IMG/VR virus record: IMGVR_UViG_3300008262_000001
Length of the DNA: 64,000 bases
Reading direction: 5' to 3' (one strand)
From: a virus
Taxonomy: Duplodnaviria > Caudoviricetes
Numbering within the stretch: position 1 is the first letter of the stretch; each line of letters starts with the position of its first letter. A program made the position numbers and the translations under genes. The notes below the pieces were generated by a model, which did not search any database, was not told the origin of the DNA, and was given only the letters and a program-made list of their open reading frames with translations. This document shows positions 28,275 through 36,880 of the stretch, one piece after another.

Positions 28275-28700
28275 TTGTTAGCAATTGAATGTCAGAAATC
28301 AATATATAAATGTATGGATCTTCTTGATAGTGGATGGTATTATAAAGAGCCCATAGATTTCGAACATAAACAATGGGTTCTGTTCGCCTATTTACAAAAG
28401 GTTGATGATGCCTTTTATAGTCGAATTTTTTCCCCGTGGTTATTACACACAGAAAAAATCACAGATGACATGAAAATATCCCTAGGATATTTAGAGAGCT
28501 TTAAAAAGGGATTAACAAAAAAATCAATACTTTTTTCTGTCGAAGGGTTAAGTTTAATAGAGAACAAACCAGCAACTAAAGAAATAGATATAGTACAAGA
28601 AATAGTGCAATTCTCAATTCCCCTTTTAGAGCAGAGAATTGATCTAGGAAGAAAATTACACTCACAATATCCAACAATTCTATATGACAAACAACTATAA
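28275..28700 (+). CDS. Hypothetical protein
   Basis: WYYKEPIDFEHKQWVL; start TTG or downstream ATG. Confidence 0.7.
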   Translation: MLAIECQKSIYKCMDLLDSGWYYKEPIDFEHKQWVLFAYLQKVDDAFYSRIFSPWLLHTEKITDDMKISLGYLESFKKGLTKKSILFSVEGLSLIENKPATKEIDIVQEIVQFSIPLLEQRIDLGRKLHSQYPTILYDKQL

Positions 28701-28881
28701 TGAATATTTAGAGCAGATAAAGAAGAAACTTGATGCTTTAAACAAAGCTGCAGGAGTTAATCCTCAGGAAAATATACAGATCCAAAACCACAGAAACAAT
28801 GGAATGCCTGGCAATGACATTTTCGATATGCTAGGAAACGGAGCTAAAATGTGGATGGAAAAAAATAACAATTCCAAATAA
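28684..28881 (+). CDS. Hypothetical protein
   Basis: 65-aa ORF overlapping the upstream stop. Confidence 0.55.
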   Translation: MTNNYNEYLEQIKKKLDALNKAAGVNPQENIQIQNHRNNGMPGNDIFDMLGNGAKMWMEKNNNSK

Positions 28882-28939
28882 TGCTCAAAACATTATCGTA
28901 ACTTAATGGTCAGTTGGAATAGAATTAGAAAAAGATGAG

Positions 28940-29818
28940 ATGAGAGATTTTAAAATATCTATAAGATATACTGATCCGTCAAAAAACCTTGCTAGATATT
29001 TTGCAGAGGTAACAAAAGAGAAAATGCTTTCCGTACAAGAGGAGGCAGAACTTGCAAAACTAGCTAAAGAAGGTGATCAAGAAGCAAAAGAAAAAATTAT
29101 CAAGTCAAATCTCAGGTTTGTAATTTCAGTAGCTAAATCTTACGCATCAAGTAAATATCCAGTCGAGGATATTATTTCTGAAGGAAACAGAGGACTAATA
29201 GAAGCAATAGATAATTTTGATCCTTCTCAGGGATTTAAATTTATAAGCTATGCTGTGTGGCATATCAGAAAAAATATTCTATCTTTCTTAAATACACACT
29301 CAAGAACAATCAGACTTCCACAAAATGTGATTAGTGAAATGAGAAGGTATCAGGAAGCAGAAAACTTTTTTATAGCAGAGCATAGTAGAGAACCTTCGGT
29401 AGACGAAATCCTCAGACTTATAGACGAAAAAGGAATGAAGCCTTTTCCGTCAGCAGTGATTGAAACTATAACGAACAAACCCGTTCAGGTTTCACTAGAT
29501 TATGACACTGATGGAGAGGGAGAAAAAGCTTATTCTCCTATTAACTGGATTTCATCTGAAGAAAACACGGAGGATCGGATTTTTAAAAGAGATGAACAGG
29601 AAGCAATCCGTTTAATTTTTTCATTCTTAAAACCTTTCGAAAAGGAAATTGCTGAAATGAAATTCGGTTTAGGTGAAAGTGGAGTGGAAAAAACTTTTAA
29701 TGAAATAGGAATCCACTTTGGTAAAAGCTCCGAATGGGCAAGGGGAACCTTTCGAAAAATAGAAAGAAAAATGAGAAGAATAGCAAGATTAAAAGGAATA
29801 AAATCTAGCTCTATGTAA
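28940..29818 (+). CDS. Sigma-70 family RNA polymerase sigma factor, Bacteroidota RpoD-like (no region 1.1)
   Basis: SNLRFVISVAKSY, EGNRGLIEA..FDPSQGFKFISYAVWHIR, RTIRLPQN; region 4 HTH present. Confidence 0.93.
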   Translation: MRDFKISIRYTDPSKNLARYFAEVTKEKMLSVQEEAELAKLAKEGDQEAKEKIIKSNLRFVISVAKSYASSKYPVEDIISEGNRGLIEAIDNFDPSQGFKFISYAVWHIRKNILSFLNTHSRTIRLPQNVISEMRRYQEAENFFIAEHSREPSVDEILRLIDEKGMKPFPSAVIETITNKPVQVSLDYDTDGEGEKAYSPINWISSEENTEDRIFKRDEQEAIRLIFSFLKPFEKEIAEMKFGLGESGVEKTFNEIGIHFGKSSEWARGTFRKIERKMRRIARLKGIKSSSM

Positions 29819-30134
29819 GTTTTACTTCTTGTATTTTAAAAGGCAATTGTTTTTTATAATAGTATAGATGGAAGAAAATGTATTCTTCCTCATTCATGTA
29901 TCCCATTGCAAATTGTCTTTTACCCCATTCAACATCTTTTCTACTTTTCAAATATTTGTGGGCAATCTCCCCGCCTTTTTCTATATCTTCTTTCAATTTA
30001 TTATTTAACTGTTTACGAATGGCTTCACATTTTCTTTTTGAAAGAGAAATTTCTTGGATCCATTCATACATTTTGTCTTTCTCATAATAACAACCCATGA
30101 TCATGTAAACAACATCAGGACTTTTTGCTTTCAT
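29811..30134 (-). CDS. Hypothetical protein (MKAKSPDVVY...)
   Basis: Start moved to ATG 30134 because of the upstream small ORF. Confidence 0.55.
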   Translation of the reverse strand: MKAKSPDVVYMIMGCYYEKDKMYEWIQEISLSKRKCEAIRKQLNNKLKEDIEKGGEIAHKYLKSRKDVEWGKRQFAMGYMNEEEYIFFHLYYYKKQLPFKIQEVKLT

Positions 30135-30264
30135 TTTTGAGATTAATTTTTTTCCATTCGATTCTTTTCTTCCACATTTCCTGCTTATATCCATTGGTGA
30201 AAAACCAACCAATAGACTTATCTAAAAAATAGTCTATGTAGAGCAGTGCAAGTTTGAAGTTCAT
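30115..30264 (-). CDS. 49-aa hypothetical protein (MNFKLALLYIDYFLDKSIGWFFTNGYKQ...)
   Basis: Hand translation; below the ORF-track cutoff. Confidence 0.5.
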   Translation of the reverse strand: MNFKLALLYIDYFLDKSIGWFFTNGYKQEMWKKRIEWKKINLKNESKKS

Positions 30265-30464
30265 AAACACAAGATTAATCAACTATCGCTCAGTAGAAAA
30301 AGAAACTTTTTAGCACTTTACTGTTAAATCATAGATGATCTTAGTTTTTACTATAATTTTTCTTATTGTAAATCAACTGATTGGGTTTCTATTGATTGAT
30401 CTTGAAAAGAGACCATATGATCCTGTAGGGTCAGTATTTTTTATAAATTTCTGGAGTGTGGTAC

Positions 30465-30488
30465 TTCTTTGGAGATTTTTCCAAAGAA
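30465..30488. terminator. Hairpin, probable intrinsic terminator
   Basis: Perfect 9-bp stem TTCTTTGGA/TCCAAAGAA, 6-nt loop, directly after the stop of 30493-31095. Confidence 0.55.
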
Positions 30489-30492
30489 AAGA

Positions 30493-31095
30493 CTAATGCC
30501 ACCAGGCCCTCATATCACTTCCATCATATTGACTATCGAAGTCATCTGAGTTATCAAAAATTGCCTTGTAATCAGGACCTTTGATAATAGCAATGATTTC
30601 TTCCCAGTGATCTTGAGCAATTTCTTTTGATCTTCTCATCACTTTTAAATTGTGACTTTTCTCTTCAGGAAGTCCCGTATCAATCATCCTGTACGTCATA
30701 CCATCACCAGAAGGTTCCCAGACTATTTCTGTATTAATGATCGGTCCTAATTCTTTCTCTGCCAATCCCATGTAGTCATCTTTCAAGAAAATATCTAAAA
30801 GGTAAGAGAGTCTTTTCATTTTCTCAACCTTTTTATTTTTACTTACAGTTTCTTCAAACGAATATTTGTCGATATACTTTGCTATATCATCTAAGGATGT
30901 TTTTACCAAAGGAAGAATAGAATGAGCTCCATTGTAGTTATTGTAATTCCAAAGATCCTTTCTAAAAACCCAGAGATTTCTAAAAAATCTAGGCAGGTCA
31001 TATCTAAATAAATCGTAAATCTTCCAATGTGCCATTCTCCTTGAAGAAATCTTCATCAGGTTTTTCATGAAGGTGTTTGTGAATTTGAGTTCCAT
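30493..31095 (-). CDS. Conserved hypothetical phage protein
   Basis: 200 aa; CATATATAAA upstream (31098-31107). Confidence 0.75.
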   Translation of the reverse strand: MELKFTNTFMKNLMKISSRRMAHWKIYDLFRYDLPRFFRNLWVFRKDLWNYNNYNGAHSILPLVKTSLDDIAKYIDKYSFEETVSKNKKVEKMKRLSYLLDIFLKDDYMGLAEKELGPIINTEIVWEPSGDGMTYRMIDTGLPEEKSHNLKVMRRSKEIAQDHWEEIIAIIKGPDYKAIFDNSDDFDSQYDGSDMRAWWH

Positions 31096-31157
31096 AGTTT
31101 ATATATGACTGGGTTTAAAACGTAGGTGGGATAAATACATTACAAATATAAGAATAA

Positions 31158-32012
31158 ATGAAACACCTCAAACCAATAGAAGAGTTTATAAACGAACAAC
31201 TTTTTAGAAATGCCTATGGAAAGTTTCTAGACCTATTAGGATTGGGTGGACCAGAAGAAGTTAAAGACCCTAAACCTTCTATAGTTGGTGGTAGTGTGAG
31301 ATTTTCAGGTTCAGGTGATAAGGGTAAAAATATTCAGCTTCTTATTGACGCAATGAAAAAGCACGGGATCACAAATCCTTTCACACAAATAGCAATTCTT
31401 GGAGTAGTAGGAAAAGAAAGTGGTTACATTCCAAAAATAGAAAAAGGATACGGAAATACCTCACCGGAAAGAATTAGAAAAATATTTGGAGCAAGAGTAA
31501 ACGATCTGACAGATGCTCAAATCGATCAAATCAAGACAAATGATGAGAAATTCTTTGATCTCGTTTATGGACCAGGTGATAAAACAGGGAAGTCTCAGAA
31601 ATATGGAAATTCAGCTCCAGGAGACGGTTGGAAATTTAGAGGAAGAGGTTTCAACCAATTAACCTTCAAAGGATCATATGAAAAAATGCAAAAGTTATAT
31701 GATTCAAAAGGAAAGCTAAACAGACAAGTAAACATTGTAACAAATCCAGATTTACTTGATGATCCGGAAGTTGCAGCAGAATTTGCGGTTCTTTATTTCC
31801 TATCTAGAGCATCAAGTCCGCAAATGGCTCAAAAATTTGGTGTTGCAGATATAAACGGTTTTAAAGATCAATTCACTGCTACCAAAGCAATGACTAATGC
31901 AAATGCTGGTTGGGGTAACGATGTTACCAATGACGAAGGATTCGTACGTGCCCAACAATTTGCAGCTAATTTTTCAGTTGATCTATCTTCAGGAACCGCA
32001 ACGATGGCTTGA
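31158..32012 (+). CDS. GH19-family lysozyme/chitinase-like muramidase with MKHLKPIEEFINE tag
   Basis: GKESG (catalytic Glu), GDGWKFRGRGFNQLT, NPDLL; GATAAATAC at 31130-31138. Confidence 0.85.
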   Translation: MKHLKPIEEFINEQLFRNAYGKFLDLLGLGGPEEVKDPKPSIVGGSVRFSGSGDKGKNIQLLIDAMKKHGITNPFTQIAILGVVGKESGYIPKIEKGYGNTSPERIRKIFGARVNDLTDAQIDQIKTNDEKFFDLVYGPGDKTGKSQKYGNSAPGDGWKFRGRGFNQLTFKGSYEKMQKLYDSKGKLNRQVNIVTNPDLLDDPEVAAEFAVLYFLSRASSPQMAQKFGVADINGFKDQFTATKAMTNANAGWGNDVTNDEGFVRAQQFAANFSVDLSSGTATMA

Positions 32013-32131
32013 TATATAAGGTATTGAAAAAGCGTACTGTTGTATACTACAGTAAGTCCTTCGGAAATTAGGAAAATTTTGAAATCCTTTAGGTTTTTCT
32101 CCTCTTAAAATTTCCACAAAATAGGCGAAAC

Positions 32132-32632
32132 TTGTCATTTAATTTTATTCATAAACCCCTTGTGATTTTTGATTTCATGAATCAAATAGGAATTTTTTTA
32201 TTCAACAAAAATTTTACTCTAAATAATTTCTTTAAAGTAATATTAATATGCTTTCTTTCCAATTCTGCGAAAGCACAGACTAACCAATATGTCGTCGATC
32301 TAGAATACTACAATGGTGTTTTAGAAAGAATGGTACAGCTTCAAAGGGATAGTATGCACACCCTTGAATGGAAGCTACAAAGAACTAAAGTTGTTATGTT
32401 GAAAGAGCACCTAAGGAAAAAAGCTTGGGTGAAAGTTGCAATAGGAGAAACAGCTTTAATCGCGGGAGCAGTTGTTGGGGTTTTAACTGGAGCATGGATC
32501 CCTGCAGCAATGGCAGTTGGATTAGTTGAAATTTTTCTTTTAGTTGAAGGAAAATACAGATTGAACATTAAACAATTAAAAATAATTAGAAGAGAAGCCT
32601 CAGGCGAAAAACTTAGCAACTACATAAAGTAG
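32132..32632 (+). CDS. Secreted/membrane protein with coiled coil and C-terminal TM (start probably ATG 32177)
   Basis: Signal ending NSAKA|Q; hydrophobic C-terminal hairpin. Confidence 0.6.
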   Translation: MSFNFIHKPLVIFDFMNQIGIFLFNKNFTLNNFFKVILICFLSNSAKAQTNQYVVDLEYYNGVLERMVQLQRDSMHTLEWKLQRTKVVMLKEHLRKKAWVKVAIGETALIAGAVVGVLTGAWIPAAMAVGLVEIFLLVEGKYRLNIKQLKIIRREASGEKLSNYIK

Positions 32633-32661
32633 GTGCTAATAAATAAATTAATAAATTATAA

Positions 32662-34944
32662 ATGAAAAATGTATTAGCAGTTGTTTCATTTGTACTACTT
32701 TCTTTTCTGTCACTCGGACAAAGTTTGATAGATGATATAGGTAGACAAGTGTTACTTACACCGAAGCTTGATGCAAGGAAGCATCAGGTGGACGAATTTT
32801 TGGATTTTTACAATGTAGAGATTGTGAGCTATTTAGATCAGCTTGACATCTATGTTGTAAGAACAAATGATTTTGATCTTCTCACAGCACTCTGTGAGGA
32901 TAGTGGTTTATTTGGTATAATCGAAAGAGATAGAATGGAAGAAATCAAATTCGATTATATTCCCAATGATACTGAATTTGCCTCTTGTTGGCATTTGAGA
33001 CAAGCAAATGACAAAGACATTGATGCAGATGAAGCTTGGGATTTACTTCCAACAGACAACCAATGGGTTTCTGTTGCTATGTTTGATGGTGGACTTGATA
33101 TGACAATTCCCGAATTTGTTGGAAATGTCGACAGCCCGTTTAATGCTGTGAATGGTACTAACTCAGTTCCCTATGTTAACTCAGAAGATAAACATGGTAC
33201 TGCTTGCTCTGGTACAATAGCAGCAAGAACCAATAACGGAATTGGTGTTAGCAGTGTTGGTAACAACTTTGTTAAGGTTATGCCTGTCAACATTATGTCG
33301 CAGGTTTATGCAGGAGGAACTTTTGGAACTTCTACCGGAATTCAAGTTGCAGCAGTTAATGCAGCAATGGCAAATCCCAATTGTGTTGCTATTGCGATGT
33401 CTTATGGTGGTAGCACATACTCTGCAACTCTTGAAAATGCTTTTTTGAATGCAAGGGCAAACGGAAGAGGAGGCAAAGGAATGATGGTATTTGCTTCTTC
33501 CGGTAATGGTTATTCAGGAACTGCAGCTCAATATCCAGCTAACTACAATGGAGTTTGGGGGGTTGGTGCAACAACCTCATCAGATACAAGAGCTAGTTTT
33601 TCGAATTATGGTCAAATCTGTGACATTTCTGGACCCGGTTCAGCAATTAGAACCACTGACAGACTTGGTGCCGAAGGATATGATCCAACTGACTACAAGA
33701 GCGTTAGCGGGACATCTTTCAGTTGTCCAATAACAGCTGCAGCTTCAGCAGTTATCGCTTATAAAAACTGGGAGTTAACTGATGATGAGATTTTGCAAAT
33801 TCTATCTTCAACTTGTGAAAAGGTTGGTGGTTACACTTACACTAATAATCCAACTTGGCCTTACAGTACTAGAAGTAACGAATTAGGTTATGGAAGGATT
33901 AATCTTAAAAATGCAGTTATTGCAACACCCACACCTGGTGGTCCACCTCCACCTCCACCAACAATAGTTTCTAACTACACTGTTAACAATGTAATAGTAA
34001 CTCCAGCTAGTGTAAACTTAGGAGAGACAATTTTAGTAAACTACAACGCTATAGTTACTGAAGAAGTAAATGTATCAACTACCTTTGCCACATTTGTTGG
34101 CGTACAATATAGATATTCAGCAAACTCTACATTGGGTGATGCAGATGACATTATAATTGGTGTCGATAGTGTGAGCTTAGGTGGAGGAAATAATTCTGTA
34201 ACTAGATCTTTCTCCTATACAGTTGATGGGATGGCAGGTACACGTTACATATTCGTAACCATAAACTATGACAATGCAGCAGAAGAAACTATAACTTCGG
34301 ATAACACAAGTTTCAAAGCTTTCAATGTTGCAAATCCATCTATGACGGGAACAGACCTTCGTGTGGAACTTGTTCAACCAGTAGCAAATCCCTGGACGAC
34401 TTCTCTCCAGATAGTAAACACACAATGGAGAGCGGTTAACACAGGAACTACAACAATCAACCAGATCAATTACACAAGAAGATGGATTGATTGCACAGCA
34501 GCTTATGGATGTGTAACAAATTCAACTTGGACAGGCACTTTGCTTCCTGGACAATCAACTTTGCTTCCTGCAAACAACACTTATATAAGTGTGAATCTTT
34601 GTCACCCAACAAGATGTGCAGTTCCAGTAGGAACTTCGAACACTTTCAGATTGGATGTGATAAGTGTGAACGGAACAATGGGGGACACTGATCCAACTAA
34701 CAATAGGGTTGATCTTGTTTTCAATCGCCTTGCAACAAGTGGAGAAGATATCATCGGTAATTATCCTCTTCTTGACGATCCTGAAGGTGTTTATATTGAA
34801 GACGATTATCCAATTGCTGTAGAGATCTACACAATTACTGGAGCTTTATTGGACATTAACAGATATAGTGAATTACCAAGTGGTATTTACATTATCAAAG
34901 CTCAATATATGGATAGAACAGAAACTTTCAAATGGGCTAAATAA
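32662..34944 (+). CDS. Secreted S8 subtilisin-like protease with CARDB-like domains and a T9SS C-terminal sorting domain
   Basis: Signal peptide; triad FDGG / HGTACSG / GTSFSCP; oxyanion SGN; Pro linker; C-terminus VEIYTITG..LPSGIYIIK..TETFKWAK. Confidence 0.9.
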   Translation: MKNVLAVVSFVLLSFLSLGQSLIDDIGRQVLLTPKLDARKHQVDEFLDFYNVEIVSYLDQLDIYVVRTNDFDLLTALCEDSGLFGIIERDRMEEIKFDYIPNDTEFASCWHLRQANDKDIDADEAWDLLPTDNQWVSVAMFDGGLDMTIPEFVGNVDSPFNAVNGTNSVPYVNSEDKHGTACSGTIAARTNNGIGVSSVGNNFVKVMPVNIMSQVYAGGTFGTSTGIQVAAVNAAMANPNCVAIAMSYGGSTYSATLENAFLNARANGRGGKGMMVFASSGNGYSGTAAQYPANYNGVWGVGATTSSDTRASFSNYGQICDISGPGSAIRTTDRLGAEGYDPTDYKSVSGTSFSCPITAAASAVIAYKNWELTDDEILQILSSTCEKVGGYTYTNNPTWPYSTRSNELGYGRINLKNAVIATPTPGGPPPPPPTIVSNYTVNNVIVTPASVNLGETILVNYNAIVTEEVNVSTTFATFVGVQYRYSANSTLGDADDIIIGVDSVSLGGGNNSVTRSFSYTVDGMAGTRYIFVTINYDNAAEETITSDNTSFKAFNVANPSMTGTDLRVELVQPVANPWTTSLQIVNTQWRAVNTGTTTINQINYTRRWIDCTAAYGCVTNSTWTGTLLPGQSTLLPANNTYISVNLCHPTRCAVPVGTSNTFRLDVISVNGTMGDTDPTNNRVDLVFNRLATSGEDIIGNYPLLDDPEGVYIEDDYPIAVEIYTITGALLDINRYSELPSGIYIIKAQYMDRTETFKWAK

Positions 34945-34967
34945 ACCCAAGACGAAATATATAAGAA

Positions 34968-34999
34968 AGAGGCTTGGCATCCCGCCAGGCCTTTTTTTT
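34968..34999 (+). terminator. Intrinsic terminator
   Basis: GGCTTGGC-ATCCC-GCCAGGCC stem followed by T8. Confidence 0.85.
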
Positions 35000-35019
35000 A
35001 AACTAAATAACTTGTAACT

Positions 35020-35373
35020 ATGAAAAATCTAATCACTATCTTACTTGTGTTGTTTGGTTACTCCGCATTTTCTCAAGACGGATTGTATTACTTCAATCAA
35101 AATGGAAGAAAAGACACTATAGTGAGTTTATACAATTCATCAGTACCTGAGAGAATTCCTATCGGAGACACTTTAGTTACAAGGATAAAGAAAAATCAGA
35201 TTGATTCAGATGGAGATTTCTTTTTGTTGCTTAAAAGTGGTACAGAAATAAAAGGAAAAATCTTCGTTAAAGAATCTAGAAAATACATTTTATTTGACTT
35301 GTATATAGAAGTAATAAATTACACGAATGGTAATTATTACTCAGCTAAAAGATTTTTAAAACCTGAAGATTAA
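35020..35373 (+). CDS. Secreted hypothetical protein
   Basis: Signal peptide MKNLITILLVLFGYSAFS|Q. Confidence 0.7.
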   Translation: MKNLITILLVLFGYSAFSQDGLYYFNQNGRKDTIVSLYNSSVPERIPIGDTLVTRIKKNQIDSDGDFFLLLKSGTEIKGKIFVKESRKYILFDLYIEVINYTNGNYYSAKRFLKPED

Positions 35374-35957
35374 TTAACCCTATAATTTGGGTAAGATCCT
35401 AGTGTTGGTTTGACATTTGGAAAATAATACATCTCTACGATCTGTCCATATTGTATTTCCTTCCAAAAGCCTCCAGGAACGGTTGATCCTGTTGGCTGCT
35501 TAATTGTATTTTTAGAAAAGTCTAGTTTAATATGCACGTAGACATCCTGAGACTTAGCTATTTCTCTTTCTCTTAACTCCAACATTCTCCAAACACCTCT
35601 ATTCAAGTCTTGGTGCTGTAAAGCACAATTCAAATATGTAAAGGTTTTATGTAAAGTAGCTTTGTCGCAAGAAAAGTCAGCAGCAGGTGCCAAATGGCCT
35701 TTATCCCAAACGTTGTTTTCATAATCTTCATGTGAAGATGTGTGGATTGAATCACATTTGTAAAAATCCATACCAGCTCTAGAAGCCTTGCCATTTGGGC
35801 ATTTCACACTATACCAAATTTCTAGAGGTTGTTCAAATTCTTCAGAGTACAAAATAGTGAAAATGTCAGATTTGACTTTAATAACCCTTGGAGGATAAAA
35901 ACAAAAAGAAGTTAAGAATGCAAATAATAAAACGTAAATAATTCTAGCTTTCATCAT
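35370..35957 (-). CDS. Secreted DNA/RNA non-specific endonuclease (NucA/Serratia type)
   Basis: WDKGHLAP, TF.YLNCALQHQDLNRGVWRMLE; N-terminal hydrophobic signal. Confidence 0.88.
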   Translation of the reverse strand: MMKARIIYVLLFAFLTSFCFYPPRVIKVKSDIFTILYSEEFEQPLEIWYSVKCPNGKASRAGMDFYKCDSIHTSSHEDYENNVWDKGHLAPAADFSCDKATLHKTFTYLNCALQHQDLNRGVWRMLELREREIAKSQDVYVHIKLDFSKNTIKQPTGSTVPGGFWKEIQYGQIVEMYYFPNVKPTLGSYPNYRVN

Positions 35958-36292
35958 CTAAATTTATTGGGATAGAGAAGTCTAAGTTCGTGTCCTTGTG
36001 GAATATCTTTTTTACGTATTCCAAATATCTTTTCTTCTGGACAAGGATCTATCGAATTTTGTAACCTACCATTAATCCAGGTTTCAATTGTTTTAAAATT
36101 GTTTGTACAAGCCCAAGTTTCTATAGATCTGTTCCAATATGATCCAACAAGAAAAGGAAATCTAATATTTGTGTTATTAACAACTTCAGCTATTTCACTA
36201 CCTTGGAGATTAACAGTTATTTCCCCTGACATTTTATGTCTGAGGATCATACTTCTTTGATTGAAGTTTTCGTATAATTTCAAATTTTTCAT
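35954..36292 (-). CDS. Hypothetical protein with MKNLKLYENF tag
   Basis: Start moved to ATG 36292, coupled to the upstream stop. Confidence 0.7.
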   Translation of the reverse strand: MKNLKLYENFNQRSMILRHKMSGEITVNLQGSEIAEVVNNTNIRFPFLVGSYWNRSIETWACTNNFKTIETWINGRLQNSIDPCPEEKIFGIRKKDIPQGHELRLLYPNKFR

Positions 36293-36855
36293 TACCACGG
36301 GTTACTTGATTTGATACCTAATAACTTTCTGTATCGTGCCACATTGCAACTCCAATACTTAGCTTTCCATTTAGGACCAGGATTATCACATCCCATTCTT
36401 TTTTGGAAAGACCTAGCTTTTTTTGGATCTGCGTTATTCACTCTCATACCAGGTTCTCCAAAACCGACTTTTACAACATTTCCTTTCTCGTTTTTAGTGT
36501 AAACTGAAAATTTTCTGGGACCTCCAGGGGTTCTGTATGGTTTATTAAGATTAACCTTTCTTCCTCTGTATTCTGCTTCATCAATATCTTCATAGTCTTC
36601 AAATGGAACATCTAAGTAAATCTCTTGACCCTCGTAGATTGCTTTGGTGCCAGCATCAGTAGAAATTAACCAAACCTCATCCTCATTAAGAGCAATTTTT
36701 CCCGTGTTATAAAGAGTTCTTGCTTCATTAACAATTGAAAGCCAAGCATCGGATTCAACTCTAAATACACTCTCTAAAATGCTAAGTCCATTTTCAAAAT
36801 GGTATTGCATATTTTCGGAGATTTTAAAATTTTCGAAGTCCTGTAAATGATTCAT
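36292..36855 (-). CDS. Conserved large-phage protein (EAEYRGRKVNLNKP...KARSF..R..CDNPG...YWSC) with tag-like N-terminus
   Basis: MNHLQDFENFKISE; GATATATAAA at 36861-36870. Confidence 0.75.
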   Translation of the reverse strand: MNHLQDFENFKISENMQYHFENGLSILESVFRVESDAWLSIVNEARTLYNTGKIALNEDEVWLISTDAGTKAIYEGQEIYLDVPFEDYEDIDEAEYRGRKVNLNKPYRTPGGPRKFSVYTKNEKGNVVKVGFGEPGMRVNNADPKKARSFQKRMGCDNPGPKWKAKYWSCNVARYRKLLGIKSSNPW

Positions 36856-36880
36856 ACAGGTTTATATATCCTATTTCTGG

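Noticed and set aside
29811-30212. ORF-track start at 30212 (similarly 16752, 19304, 24013, 24830, 36298)
   Set aside because: Overlaps with neighbouring genes or promoter positions favour downstream ATGs; coordinates were adjusted in the feature list.
32132-32632. Unimolecular spanin next to the GH19 gene
   Set aside because: No convincing lipobox; the signal looks like SPase I (AKA|Q), and that GH19 looks virion-associated.
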